From Candidatus Latescibacterota bacterium (GTDB lineage Bacteria; Latescibacterota; UBA2968; GCA-2709665), in assembly GCA_965208835.1 (NCBI GenBank), contig OZ242358.1, positions 352,001 through 416,000 of the forward strand: a stretch of 64,000 bases of DNA, in the 5' to 3' direction. The notes under the pieces were generated by a model, which ran no database searches, was not told the origin of the DNA, and was given only the letters and a program-made list of their open reading frames with translations. Position 1 is the stretch's first letter; each line of letters opens with the position of its first letter. Below are positions 40,847 to 51,681 of this stretch, piece after piece. Made by a program: the position numbers and the translations under genes.

Positions 40847-41050
40847 AAAAGCGGGGAGACGTTAGAGGTGAGACGTGAGAAGAAGCCCCTGCCGACTTGC
40901 ACTTCCTACTTGCCTTCAGCCTGAGAAGAAACCCTTTACGGCATGCTATCTCTACCCTCTCCCGTCTTACGTCTTCCCGCGGTTTAGGGGGTTGGAGGAG
41001 AGGTGACGACGCTTTCGCCAACCGGCAAGATTCAAACCGGAGGAAATGAA

Positions 41051-42163
41051 ATGAAAAAAGACACCCTTACCCGCCGCGAATTTCTGGGGTATTCATCGGC
41101 CATGGGCGTCATGCTATGTATTCCCGCCAACCCGCTCAATGCGGCCGAAGCCGACAAAGTCGTCTGGGTCTCTCCCCGCGGAAACCTGGAGGTGATGGAC
41201 GACTTCAACCTCTGGGTCGCCCACGAAATGGGCTACTTCAAGGAGATGAACCTGGACGTGGTGCTGCAACCCGGTCCCACGGAAGCATTGGCGGTAACCA
41301 AACTGGTCGGTCAGAAACAGGCAGATATGGGTTTTCCGTCTCCCGGCGTCCTGCTTTCCAGCATCGACGCGGGGATCCCGGTGGTCCTCGTGTGGGAGAT
41401 GGTGATGAAACAGGTCTTTGACTTCGCGTTGCCCGAAGACAGTCCGATCACCAAAGTCCAGGACCTGGCTGGAAAGAAGATCGCCGTCGCGTCGGAAGGA
41501 TGGCGCGTGATCATCGATCCCATCCTCGTGGAAGCCGGACTGGACCCCAAATCTGTCACCTACCTGAATGGCGGCCCTCAGTGGGGGCAGATGGTCGCGC
41601 TCGGACGCGCGGACGCGGGGCTTGCATGGCGCGGGCTGGCCGCCCAGTGGAAGGCCCTGGGGATGAAGCTCAAGTTTCTCGTCGGGATGGAGTTCTCAAA
41701 TCATCCGTCCAACGGTTACGCCATCCACCGCGATGACCTGAAGGACGAAAACCGCGTGGACATCTGGACGCGCTTCTTCAAGGCCAATTGCCTGGCCTAC
41801 GAATTCACGCGGGCCAATCCGCGTGCGGCCGGCCAGATTACCTACGGCCGTTTTCCGGCCCTGCGCGAGCAGATGGCGCCGCAACTCGCGCTGGATTCCA
41901 TGCTCGAACTGGGCACCATCTACTTTGACGGCGACCGCATCGGAAAAGGCTACGGGTACAGCGACCTGGAGTCCTGGCAGGCCTATATCGACACCGTCCA
42001 CAAACTCGGGCAGATTCAGAATCACTACAAGGCGGACGACGTTGTCAGCAACGCCTTCGTCAAGGACGCCAACGATGTTGACAAGGACCGCGCCCGCGCG
42101 GAAGGGAAAGCGTACGAGCTGAACGATGACTTTAAGGATCTGAAGATTAATTATCCCGTGTAG
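41051..42163 (+). CDS. ABC substrate-binding protein (NMT1/THI5-like), Tat signal
   Basis: TRREFL twin-arginine motif; GYFKEMNLDV; DLAGKKIAV. Confidence 0.88.
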   Translation: MKKDTLTRREFLGYSSAMGVMLCIPANPLNAAEADKVVWVSPRGNLEVMDDFNLWVAHEMGYFKEMNLDVVLQPGPTEALAVTKLVGQKQADMGFPSPGVLLSSIDAGIPVVLVWEMVMKQVFDFALPEDSPITKVQDLAGKKIAVASEGWRVIIDPILVEAGLDPKSVTYLNGGPQWGQMVALGRADAGLAWRGLAAQWKALGMKLKFLVGMEFSNHPSNGYAIHRDDLKDENRVDIWTRFFKANCLAYEFTRANPRAAGQITYGRFPALREQMAPQLALDSMLELGTIYFDGDRIGKGYGYSDLESWQAYIDTVHKLGQIQNHYKADDVVSNAFVKDANDVDKDRARAEGKAYELNDDFKDLKINYPV

Positions 42164-42476
42164 GAGAAAGAAGGAAGAAGGATGAAAGGTGGGGAGACGC
42201 AAGAGGGTAGACGGGAGAAGAAGTCCTTGCCGATTTGTTCCTCCGGCTCGCTTGCGGCATGAGAAGAAACCTTATACGGCATGCGATCTCTACCCTCTCA
42301 CGTCTTTCGTCTCCCCGCTCTTGAGGAACACGCCGTAGGCAGGGAATTTGGGGAGATGTGGATTTTGAATTTGGATTGCGCCTTTGGCTGATAACTTATA
42401 GCTCCGCACTCACGGGGAACCGTTTTAAAAACGCTTGAAGTGCCTTTTGAGAGGACTTTCAAAGGAGACACTGAAG

Positions 42477-43658
42477 ATGACACACGAGGTTCCACCAATG
42501 TACTCCGGTATCAGGATCACCGCAGTGGACACCTTCCTGGTGGAAGGGAACTGCTGTTTCGTGAAGATCAGCACGAACGAGGGGATCACCGGACTCGGCG
42601 AGGGTTCGATCAGCGACAACAAGGTGGGTACCATCGCCCAGTGCGTCAAGGACTTCGAAGGCCACCTCATCGGCAGGAATCCAACGGATATCGAACATCT
42701 CTGGCAGGGGCTTTTCAGGTGGAACCGGTGGCACGTGGGCGTGCTGTTCACCACCGCTCTGAGCGCAATCGATATCGCCCTGTGGGATATTCTGGGAAAG
42801 ATCGCGGGTCTGCCCATCTACAAACTTCTCGGAGGCGCCGCGCGGGACCGGGTCCGCATCTACGCCGGCGGCGGGGGAAAAGCGGGCGTGCAGCGCGCCC
42901 GGGCCATGGGATGCAATGCCGTCAAGACGGGACCCCCGGTGACCAGGGTCGGCGATCCACTCACGGTGCCCATGCCCTGGGACCTGAAGCGTGCGGTTGC
43001 TCAGATCGAGGAAATGCGCATTGAAGGAGGCGATGACTTCGATATCCTCATCGACGCCCACGGCCGGCTGACGCCGACCATGGCCCTGGAGTACTGCAAG
43101 GCCGTCGAACCCTACCGACCCTTCTGGGTGGAGGAGCCGATTCAGGTGGAAGGATCCAACGACGCACTCGAGTGGCTGAGCGTCCGCACCACGGTGCCTC
43201 TGTGCATGGGCGAACGGAATTTCACCAAGTGGGGCTTCCAGGACATCATCGCCAAACGCCTGGTGAGCTACCTCAATCCGGACATCGTCCATTGCGGCGG
43301 CATCTCGGAGTTCAAGAAGATTGCGGCCATGGCGGAGGCGCAGTACATCCAGGTCTCACCACACATCACCTACAGCCGGGTGGGCGTGGCCGCCGAGATC
43401 CACATGGGCCTGAACTGCCCGAACAGCGTGATCCAGGAAATGGCTTCCTATGCAGACGACTCCACCAGAGAAAAGACCGACTGGCGGGACGACCTGTTCT
43501 ACGGGCACCGGTTCCAGGTCGAGGACGGCTTCGTGACGTTGCCGGACACGCCCGGTCTCGGCCTCGAGCTGAACGAGGGGGTCGCCCGGGCGCATCCCTA
43601 CAAACAGCAACTCCGCGAGGAACTCAGGTACGAGGACGGATCGGTGGAGGACAACTGA
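42477..43658 (+). CDS. Mandelate racemase/muconate lactonising enzyme family (galactonate dehydratase-like)
   Basis: AIDIALWDILGK..GLPIYKLLGG, DAH, WVEEP, GER, PGLG. Confidence 0.9.
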   Translation: MTHEVPPMYSGIRITAVDTFLVEGNCCFVKISTNEGITGLGEGSISDNKVGTIAQCVKDFEGHLIGRNPTDIEHLWQGLFRWNRWHVGVLFTTALSAIDIALWDILGKIAGLPIYKLLGGAARDRVRIYAGGGGKAGVQRARAMGCNAVKTGPPVTRVGDPLTVPMPWDLKRAVAQIEEMRIEGGDDFDILIDAHGRLTPTMALEYCKAVEPYRPFWVEEPIQVEGSNDALEWLSVRTTVPLCMGERNFTKWGFQDIIAKRLVSYLNPDIVHCGGISEFKKIAAMAEAQYIQVSPHITYSRVGVAAEIHMGLNCPNSVIQEMASYADDSTREKTDWRDDLFYGHRFQVEDGFVTLPDTPGLGLELNEGVARAHPYKQQLREELRYEDGSVEDN

Positions 43659-43690
43659 AGAGCAAGAAGTCAACCCGCGATTGCTGTCTG

Positions 43691-45850
43691 TCAGGTATTC
43701 ATCACGACCGCCGCGTGGCTTTCCGGCCCGCAAACCCCCGCGCTGTTGCGCACCTTGAGCCGCAGTTTGTTCAGGCCTTCGCGCAGCCTCCACTCCAGCG
43801 AGGGGGTTGTTTGTTCCCTCCATTCGGCTCTGTCGATTTTCACCAGAAACGCGTCAAAGCAAGGCGTTTCGGTATCCACATCCACGCGCAGGACATCCGG
43901 CTCGGTGGTTTCGCTCAAAAAGAGTTCCGTCTGGTTTAGAGGGGGACTGAAATCCTGCCAGCGCCTGGTGTGTTGGGGGTATTCACGTTTGCGGGGGAAC
44001 ACATCGCTGTAGAAACAATAGAAGAGATCGCTCCCCCAGTTGCTGGAGAGTCGCCACGGCAGCGGCCATGGCCGGCTGGCGAAGTCGTTGCGCCGAACCA
44101 TTTGCAGGTGTCCCTTGAGCATCAGATGCTCGGGTCCTCCGCTCAGGTCGTCAATTGAAAACGCATTGTCGCCCTGGCGATAGGCAACGCGAGCGGCACG
44201 GAGCATTTCGAGGTCCGGCAGGCGCCACTGGATGGGATATTCCCAGGTTGCCGGCCCGGGCATGATTTCGGCCAGGCGCCCGCTGATTTCCACCAGACTC
44301 AGGGGAATTCCCGTGTTGGGATCGTAAATGTAGTAATCGCGCGTCGCATCCAGGAAAATCCACTTGTCGTATTCGTTGGACCATACTTCCGCCACTTCGT
44401 GCCCGTAAGTGTGTTTAGTCGAGATGTTGACCCAGCGGGCTGGAAAGCCCATGGCCAGACAGGCGGCGATCAAGGTCAGGTTACAGTAGAGGCAGTGGCC
44501 GTCTCGCCGGCGCATCCGGTAGTCGCCGAGCAGGGTGGGGCGTCCGCTTGCATCCCTTTCGAGTTGAGGCAGATCGAAGTAATTCCATTGGTACGCGTCC
44601 AGGCGACCGAGCGGCACTTTGTAGGCCCAGTGCATGAGTTTCAGCTGGGCTTCGAATTCGGTCGCCGCGTCAGAGATCACCGCGTCCAGTTCAAACCGGT
44701 GGCGCAGTTCGTTCAGGCGGGCGAAATCTTCGTGGAGGTAGGGCAGGGAAGGGCGGATCACGCGACCGTTTCGGAACCGGTGAAGGTGGTAGCATCTTTT
44801 TGGCCGGTGTTTGTGCTCGCTGCACTTCACTTCCACGGAAATACCCTTGAACACCGGCGTCACCAGCGGATTGCGGGCGTGCATGACAATCCTGAACTGC
44901 AAGTAGCGTCCGGCCCGTTCGCACCACGTCCTCGAAAAATTCGATACGGACTCGAAAGAGGACCATGTGGCGGCACCTGGCACTGGATTATCGCCCAGAC
45001 GTGCCTCTATTTCCACCTGGCTTCCCTCGGGCACATCCAACTCCCATCCTACTTCGCACGCTTCTATTTCGAGCAGTTTCCCGATTCCCTTGGGGTCTCC
45101 TCCTTTAGCCAGGTCGATCACGGATGAGACAAAGGTGCCCTGCGGTACGCTGCGATCCAGACTGAGACGGATGGCGTACTCCCCGTCGATTTCATCTTTA
45201 CAGCCCAGGTGCTCAAAGTCCCAGATGCGGCCGCCGTCCCGGCTCTTGGCGCTGCGGTTTGGGTGGCAGAGTCGCGTTTCGGAGCCACGCTTATATTCTC
45301 CATCGGCGGCCAACATGATTTCCCAACTGGTCTCCTCCGAATCGGTCCACAGGACGAATTCATTGGTACCCTGCCGCAGGGTTTCCACCGGCACGGGTAC
45401 CTCGAACCAGTTGTCGAAGTGCGAGCCGCCCCAGTCGCTGGTATAGTATTGGCGAGCGGTTGGGTGGGCAATCTTGCTCGGTGGTCGGATTATGTGGTGA
45501 CCATTGATGGAGATGTGGAGCGCATGGTCATTGTCGTCCATCTCCCGTCCGTTGAAGATCAGATAGGCAGCTTTGGCGCGAGGATCGTCCAGGACCAGGT
45601 CTTTGCGGATCATCACGCCTGCCTGCAATATCTCAAACCACGACCGGTCCTCAGCGCCCTCGGGGCGGCCGATGGCCGGCGCATCGTCTTCGAACAGGAG
45701 CATATCATTGAGGACGATCGCCTCTTTCAGCTCGCAGTATTGGAGTTGATCGAACTGGCCCCGCGCTTCGAGCGCAGCGGCATCGAGCGCAAAACAGAAA
45801 TCGCTCTCCGTCGACATATTTTGATACTCCTCTGACTCGTTCCAGGTCAT
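43691..45850 (-). CDS. Transglutaminase-like domain protein
   Basis: Probable start ATG 45850 overlapping the dipeptidase stop; GHCLYC...GFPARWV...HEVAEVWSNEYDKWIFLD (Cys-His-Asp). Confidence 0.78.
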   Translation of the reverse strand: MTWNESEEYQNMSTESDFCFALDAAALEARGQFDQLQYCELKEAIVLNDMLLFEDDAPAIGRPEGAEDRSWFEILQAGVMIRKDLVLDDPRAKAAYLIFNGREMDDNDHALHISINGHHIIRPPSKIAHPTARQYYTSDWGGSHFDNWFEVPVPVETLRQGTNEFVLWTDSEETSWEIMLAADGEYKRGSETRLCHPNRSAKSRDGGRIWDFEHLGCKDEIDGEYAIRLSLDRSVPQGTFVSSVIDLAKGGDPKGIGKLLEIEACEVGWELDVPEGSQVEIEARLGDNPVPGAATWSSFESVSNFSRTWCERAGRYLQFRIVMHARNPLVTPVFKGISVEVKCSEHKHRPKRCYHLHRFRNGRVIRPSLPYLHEDFARLNELRHRFELDAVISDAATEFEAQLKLMHWAYKVPLGRLDAYQWNYFDLPQLERDASGRPTLLGDYRMRRRDGHCLYCNLTLIAACLAMGFPARWVNISTKHTYGHEVAEVWSNEYDKWIFLDATRDYYIYDPNTGIPLSLVEISGRLAEIMPGPATWEYPIQWRLPDLEMLRAARVAYRQGDNAFSIDDLSGGPEHLMLKGHLQMVRRNDFASRPWPLPWRLSSNWGSDLFYCFYSDVFPRKREYPQHTRRWQDFSPPLNQTELFLSETTEPDVLRVDVDTETPCFDAFLVKIDRAEWREQTTPSLEWRLREGLNKLRLKVRNSAGVCGPESHAAVVMNT

Positions 45851-46902
45851 CTCCACGCCGCGCGCAGCAGGCGGAGCCAGTTTTCGTGCATGACGTCGGC
45901 AACGGCGGCCTGCGAGTAACCGCGCCCTTCGAGGATGGCGGGAATCTTCCGCAGGTCGGCGATCGTGTCGAGATCGGACGGGCACTGCTCCTTGCCGAAG
46001 CCGCCGTCCAGGTCGGTGCCGATGGCGGCGTGGCGCGAGTTCCCGGTCAGCTGGCAGACATGGTCGATGTGGTCCACCACGGTCTCCAGCGTGATGCCCG
46101 TGTTGTCCATGGCGGCCGGGTCCCACAAGGGAGAGATCATCCAGACGTCCATGGCTGTGCCAATGACGCCCCCGCGCTGCGCCAGCGTCTTGATCTGTCG
46201 ATCGTCGAGCTGGCGGTCGTGGTCGCACAGGGTCCGGCAGCAGTTGTGCGTGGCCACCACGGGACCGCTGAAGACCTCCAGGGCTTCCCAGAATGCCTGC
46301 TCGGCCAGGTGGCTCACATCGAGGATGATCCCGGCAGCCTCCAGGGTTTCGAGCATGGGGCGGCCTCTGGCCGTCAGGCCGCCGGGAGCCTGGGTCCCGT
46401 GTGAGTAGGCGCTGACCCCGTAGTGACACAGGCTCACGATCCTCAGGCCTTCATCCCACCACTCCGGTACCTGTTTCGGTGTCACAATACCGTCCGCCCC
46501 TTCCATGCTGAGGACGAACCCCAGCGGGGTTGTCTGCGGATCGTTATGCCACTCGGCAAGATGGGCGTCGAGTCCGGCGCGATCGCTTATCTGGCGCAAG
46601 ACACCCCTGGCCTCCATCAGGCGGTAGTAGGCTAACTCGCCCTTGCATCTGGCGTAGGCGATGTCCTGCGTGCGTACCCCGGGAAAGCGCTTGCCCATCG
46701 AGGCGAGCCGGGAGTGCACCGTCACGAAGAACAGGCCGATCCCGCCGCGCCGCAGTTCGGCGAAATTCACTGCGTTCAGGCCGCGGCCCTTCTGCGTCAT
46801 TCCGGCTTCGGCCTCGCGTATTCCGGCGATGGGCCGAAGCAGGTCCCGGTCCCATTCGAGCGCGTTGTGGGCGATATCCAGGTGAGAATCGACGATCAGC
46901 AT
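45847..46902 (-). CDS. Membrane dipeptidase (peptidase M19)
   Basis: DSHLD, SMEGAD, DVSHL, THN, DHIDH and IGTDLDG motifs. Confidence 0.92.
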   Translation of the reverse strand: MLIVDSHLDIAHNALEWDRDLLRPIAGIREAEAGMTQKGRGLNAVNFAELRRGGIGLFFVTVHSRLASMGKRFPGVRTQDIAYARCKGELAYYRLMEARGVLRQISDRAGLDAHLAEWHNDPQTTPLGFVLSMEGADGIVTPKQVPEWWDEGLRIVSLCHYGVSAYSHGTQAPGGLTARGRPMLETLEAAGIILDVSHLAEQAFWEALEVFSGPVVATHNCCRTLCDHDRQLDDRQIKTLAQRGGVIGTAMDVWMISPLWDPAAMDNTGITLETVVDHIDHVCQLTGNSRHAAIGTDLDGGFGKEQCPSDLDTIADLRKIPAILEGRGYSQAAVADVMHENWLRLLRAAWR

Positions 46903-47290
46903 GGAGGTTCTCCCATCGGAAATGTCATAAGGCGATCGATCCTCTTTCACGGCATGATCTGCAAGTATCCGGAGCGAGGGCATCCCTGCCCTCGAACTTC
47001 GAGAAACCGACGAATCTCCACATCAATGGCCAATTGCTTCTCTTCCATCCGAAACCACATCTGGAATGACGGCACAAAGATCTCTTATGTTCGCCGTCGA
47101 GGGCAGGGATGCCCTCGCTCCCGGGAAAGGCAATCGTGGCCATTTCGCCATTATAATCTGCTCGCCGTCGATCGCGACCTTCTAATGACCTCCCGCGGGT
47201 GTGCGGCTTTTGGTTCCTCAGGTCACTTTGTTCTTGGACAGCAGTGCTTGCGGCTGATAGCTGACGGCTTTATTTCCTGTTGACGATGTA

Positions 47291-48805
47291 TCACTTTTCA
47301 ATTCTCTCAAACAGCGCCTCGACCTCCGCCTCCTTTTCCTCACTGCGTCTGGAGATATAACCCTCTCCGAAGTAGATGACCAGCGCGACCAGGATCTCCA
47401 CACCCGTGTATATCTCGAACCTGTCCGTGTATTGAATCGCGATGAAGTAGGTGATGACGCCACCGATAAACGACAGGATCGCACCACGCGCCGTCGGGCG
47501 CTTCCATATCATCCCGAACATCAACGGGATCGCGATGGGCGACAGGAGGCCGCCGAACAGCTTTACCGTGAGGCCGAACACCTTGTTCATGCCCTGGCTC
47601 TGGGAGATCACGATTGCGGTCACCAGAACCGCGAGCCCGAAGATCGCCGTTATCGTCATGCCCGCCCTGAACAGCGCCCTGTCGTCGATCTCGCGCCTGA
47701 AGTTCCGCTGGTAGAAGTCTTTGGTGAATACCGCGGCCAACGCGTTGATATCGCTGTCGATCATCGACATCGTCGCGGCAAACATCGAGCATACCAGCAG
47801 TCCGATCAGCCCCGGCGCCAGAGCGGAGAGGATCTTCTGGGTTACGAGGATATACGTCTGGTCCAGGTCGAAACCGGCGATTGGCAGAAGTGTCTGAGGA
47901 TCGAAGTACTCGGGGATCAACAGCGGCGCCGCCCAGGCGGGGACGAAGATGACGATGGGATAGAACAGATAGAGAATCGCCGACAAGAGGGCCGCCTTCT
48001 GGGCATCCCTCGGCTTGTCCACCGACACGAATCGCTGCGCCAGACCCCAGGTCCCTCCGTTGTAACTGAAGATGATCACAACCACGTAGACCAGCCAGAA
48101 GCTCACACCGATACCGCCCGACGCGTTGAAAAAGCCGGCACGCTCCCGTGGCAGACTGTCCCACATCGCGTTCCAGCCCCCCACCATGTCCAGCGCGATA
48201 AACAGCACGGCCAGACTCATGACGAGCTGGACAACGAACTGTACCAGGTCCGTAAGTACCGTCGCCCACAAGCCGCCGATGAACACGTACGCGATGGTGA
48301 TCAGACCCGAAACGACGATCACGGGAAGCACCGCCCAGCCGGTAACCACGTGAACCACGATCGAGATCGCAAACAGCTTGATGCCCAGGTCGATAAACTT
48401 GATGAGGATACCCGACACCGCGATCAGGCCCCTCACGGAATTGCCGTAACGCGCTTCCAGGTATTCCACCGGCGTGAGCACTTTCAGCCTGGACCATCGC
48501 GGCGCCCACACGAGGCATCCGATCACCAGCGCCACGAACACCCCGAGCGAAAACAGGGTCCACATGCTGAATCCCGTCACCGCCGCGCGGCCGGCAAATC
48601 CCACGAATGCAACCGCGCTGTATCCCGAAACATGGTGCGAGATGGCCGCCATCCACCAGGGCAACCCGTGCCCCGCCACGAAGTACTGTTCCACGTTGGC
48701 GGACTTCCGCTTCGCCAGGATTCCTATCCAGGCCATCAAAACCGCGTAGACCGCGATAACGCCATAATCGATTTGTGTGAGCATATAACCTTTCTGTAAA
48801 GACAT
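47291..48805 (-). CDS. Sodium:solute symporter family protein
   Basis: YFVAG..LPWW, EYLEARYG, GGLWA...TD..Q, FAATMS.IDS. Confidence 0.92.
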   Translation of the reverse strand: MSLQKGYMLTQIDYGVIAVYAVLMAWIGILAKRKSANVEQYFVAGHGLPWWMAAISHHVSGYSAVAFVGFAGRAAVTGFSMWTLFSLGVFVALVIGCLVWAPRWSRLKVLTPVEYLEARYGNSVRGLIAVSGILIKFIDLGIKLFAISIVVHVVTGWAVLPVIVVSGLITIAYVFIGGLWATVLTDLVQFVVQLVMSLAVLFIALDMVGGWNAMWDSLPRERAGFFNASGGIGVSFWLVYVVVIIFSYNGGTWGLAQRFVSVDKPRDAQKAALLSAILYLFYPIVIFVPAWAAPLLIPEYFDPQTLLPIAGFDLDQTYILVTQKILSALAPGLIGLLVCSMFAATMSMIDSDINALAAVFTKDFYQRNFRREIDDRALFRAGMTITAIFGLAVLVTAIVISQSQGMNKVFGLTVKLFGGLLSPIAIPLMFGMIWKRPTARGAILSFIGGVITYFIAIQYTDRFEIYTGVEILVALVIYFGEGYISRRSEEKEAEVEALFERIEK

Positions 48806-49044
48806 CCTGTTAACAAGCCGTCAGGTATGCGCGGTGATCTCGCCCCCCGGCCTCCTACAACAGAGCCATCAGCCATCAGCCAGAAGCAGAAACCGAATCA
48901 GTTGACATCAGCGCAATTATGTGGACGATCGCGAAGGGCGCAGACCTCTCCCCCCAGCCCCCTCTCCCAAGGGAGTGGGGGAGTAGAAGCAGGGGTTGAC
49001 CCAATGTCTCTTCTTTATCGCAAGTCAGCGATGGGCGGATAGAT

Positions 49045-50781
49045 TCACCATCCGATAGCGTACGACGTTGAGCGAGGGTCCGCGCCGCCGGCGCGCGTCC
49101 CAGTTTCCGGATCGACCGTAATGGCGCACACCCGGCTGACTCCGGAGCTCCATTCGTCATTATCGTCGACGATGTGCCCTCGATCTCGCAGATCTTCGCG
49201 GACGTGCGGGGCGATGCGGGCTTCGACCGTTACCTCGCCGGGCAATGATCCGTGGGGCCAGAACGAATTCGGAAAGCTGTGGCTGATGACGCGCGGTGCG
49301 TCTATCGCTTCCTGAGGTTCCATACCAAACTCGATGATATTGAGGAACACCTGCAGCATCCCCTGGACCTGCGCATCGCCGCCGGGACAACCAAAGGGCA
49401 TAAACGGCCTGCCATCCTTCAGGACCAGCGCGGGATTCGGGGTGAGGCGCGGACGCTTCCACGGCTGCAGACATGAGGGATGCGCCGGATCGAGCCACGT
49501 CTGCGTGCCGCGTCCCGAGACTGGAAAACCCAGGCCCGGCACGACAGGGGTCCAACCGACCACGTCGGACGGGGTCGAAGAAAAGGCGTTGCCCTGTTCG
49601 TCCACCACGCAGAGGTAACTGGTGTCGCTTTCCCAATGAGACAGTCGCTCCGGTTGCGGGCGGTCCGGATCCAGCGTCGGGAAGGGACCGTTTTCCCCCC
49701 GCTGTTCCGGATGGAACGGCCACGGATCGCCGGCGCGCGGCATGTCGGCCGCGGCACGATCCGGATCAATGGCGTTCCGTCTTCCAGCGGCATAGCGCTC
49801 ATCAAGTAAACCCGCCAGCGGCACCTGCACGAAATCGGGGTCGCCGAAGTACGCCTCGCGATCGGCAAACACCAGTTTGATCCCCTCGATAATCGCATGG
49901 AGATAGTCCGTGGATTCGTGCCCAATTCTCCGCAGGTCAATTCCTTCGAGGATCTTCAGCGCCATGTTCAACGTTGGCCCCTGGCACCAGGGACCGCAGG
50001 TATAGACGTCATAGCCCTTGTAGGTGATGTGTGCGGGGGGTTCGACCCGGGCTGAGAATGCCGCAAGATCCTCGTACGTGAGCAGGCCCCCTTCCCGCGC
50101 GTAGAATTCGGCAATTTCCCGTGCGATTTCACCCTTGTAGATCAGATCGCGCGCGGCCCTGATTCCCGTTACCCGATCGCCGCGTGCCCCCCGTTCGGCA
50201 TCGATCATCCGCCGGAAAGTGTTCGCCAGGTCCTTCTGGCAGAAAACTTCCCCGATCTGTGGAATGTGTCCCCCGGGATTGAAAACGGCAGTTGTCGACG
50301 GCGCATCTCCCAGTGCTCCGCTGGCGAAGGCGTGGAACTGATCGTCGACCGGGAGTCCGTTCTCGGCGAGGTCCAGCGCGGGCTGAATGACCTGCTCGAA
50401 GCTCATGGTGCCGAACCGCGCCAGCGCCGTCAACCACGCATCAGGCGATGCCGGCGTAACGGTTCGCAGGATACCGGGGGGCAGGTCGCCGCCGTGATAT
50501 TCCTGAAAGGTGTCGATGCTTGCGGCCCGGGGCCAGCGTCCGAGGCCGCTGATGGTTTCAACTGGCGCGCCCGTTCCCGGGCAATAGATAATCGGCGCGA
50601 CGCCGCCGAAATGAGTGGACCCGGGTTGAAGCACGTTGATGCAGATCCCGGTGGCGACGCCGGCATCGGCAGCATTGCCGCCGTTTTCGAGAATCCGGAC
50701 CCCGCCCATGGTTGCAAGATAGTGCAGCGACGAGACCACATACCGTTTCCCGCGGACCGAAGGGCGATGACTTCCCGGCAT
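49045..50781 (-). CDS. Gamma-glutamyltransferase family protein
   Basis: GGNAADA, T nucleophile in DTSYLCVVD, KRPRLT, PGGDAQ, GADPR. Confidence 0.92.
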   Translation of the reverse strand: MPGSHRPSVRGKRYVVSSLHYLATMGGVRILENGGNAADAGVATGICINVLQPGSTHFGGVAPIIYCPGTGAPVETISGLGRWPRAASIDTFQEYHGGDLPPGILRTVTPASPDAWLTALARFGTMSFEQVIQPALDLAENGLPVDDQFHAFASGALGDAPSTTAVFNPGGHIPQIGEVFCQKDLANTFRRMIDAERGARGDRVTGIRAARDLIYKGEIAREIAEFYAREGGLLTYEDLAAFSARVEPPAHITYKGYDVYTCGPWCQGPTLNMALKILEGIDLRRIGHESTDYLHAIIEGIKLVFADREAYFGDPDFVQVPLAGLLDERYAAGRRNAIDPDRAAADMPRAGDPWPFHPEQRGENGPFPTLDPDRPQPERLSHWESDTSYLCVVDEQGNAFSSTPSDVVGWTPVVPGLGFPVSGRGTQTWLDPAHPSCLQPWKRPRLTPNPALVLKDGRPFMPFGCPGGDAQVQGMLQVFLNIIEFGMEPQEAIDAPRVISHSFPNSFWPHGSLPGEVTVEARIAPHVREDLRDRGHIVDDNDEWSSGVSRVCAITVDPETGTRAGGADPRSTSYAIGW

Positions 50782-50921
50782 TCTGATTCGTCCTTCCAAG
50801 GGGCATTACTCAACAAGGCCCGCGATGGTACGGGGCCGAGTACCTGCGCGCGAGGCCATCGGTCATTCCACGGGCGAAAGATACCTGGACGGAACCCGCC
50901 GCGCCGGCATTCGCGACCTGC

Positions 50922-51680
50922 TCAGAACACGCCCGGGATGAGGGCACGGCGGCTGGGCGGGTAGTCCGTGAAGCGTTCCTGGTACCAGCGGTGATTGCTG
51001 CGGGCCCGGGGGACCAGATTGGCGATCGTATAGACGCAGAACGCGAGCCCGCCGGGCGACCACGTGGCGATCGCCCAACCCGTCCATTCCAGAATCTCGC
51101 CGAGGTAGTTCGGGCTGGAGACGTACCGGAAGGCGCCGCGGTCCGGGACGACGTAACCTGCGCCTCCCTGTTTCCGCAGGCCGCGCAGGATGCCGTCGCT
51201 CTGCACATTCAGAACGATGCCACCGGCGAAAACTGCCGCTCCGATCAGGAAACACGGGTTGGTCAGCCATGAAACAGGGTACTCGCCGAGGTGGGAGACG
51301 AACCGGGCATTGACGTAAGCATTCAGCATATTGAAGAAGAACCCCGATCCGGCGACGACAAGCGGCATTCTTCGGCCGGTCCGCATCCGGAACGGGTAGA
51401 TGAGCGTCCGGTTCAGGTAATGGCCCTGCCACATTGCCAGGAAAACCAGCGACAAGAGGTTGCCCCTCAAGCTCCCTTGCAGATAAACGAACAGGAAGAA
51501 GAAGACCGCCGGAGACTCCATGCCGATCCAGCCCGCCCTGCTGGAGACGGCAGGCCCCCAACCGGAGCCCGGAAAGTGGCGGCCGTAAGGCGCCGGTCTC
51601 CGAAGCAAATACAGGAAAGTCACGCCGGCCAGGCCGAATATGACCCATACCAGCAGGCGGTAGATGTCCGGCTCAGTCAT
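50922..51680 (-). CDS. 3-oxo-5-alpha-steroid 4-dehydrogenase (steroid 5-alpha-reductase, SRD5A-like)
   Basis: APYGRH, W..MESP, HY..R..IYP, N..SD.IL..LR, PNYLGEILEW.G, NLVPRA...H.WY...F.DYP..R.ALIP. Confidence 0.92.
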   Translation of the reverse strand: MTEPDIYRLLVWVIFGLAGVTFLYLLRRPAPYGRHFPGSGWGPAVSSRAGWIGMESPAVFFFLFVYLQGSLRGNLLSLVFLAMWQGHYLNRTLIYPFRMRTGRRMPLVVAGSGFFFNMLNAYVNARFVSHLGEYPVSWLTNPCFLIGAAVFAGGIVLNVQSDGILRGLRKQGGAGYVVPDRGAFRYVSSPNYLGEILEWTGWAIATWSPGGLAFCVYTIANLVPRARSNHRWYQERFTDYPPSRRALIPGVF

Positions 51681-51681
51681 A

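Noticed and set aside
45851-46429. N-terminal 193 aa of the 912-aa ORF
   Set aside because: Overlaps the dipeptidase in another frame and is Arg/Pro-rich noise; the real start is probably 45850.
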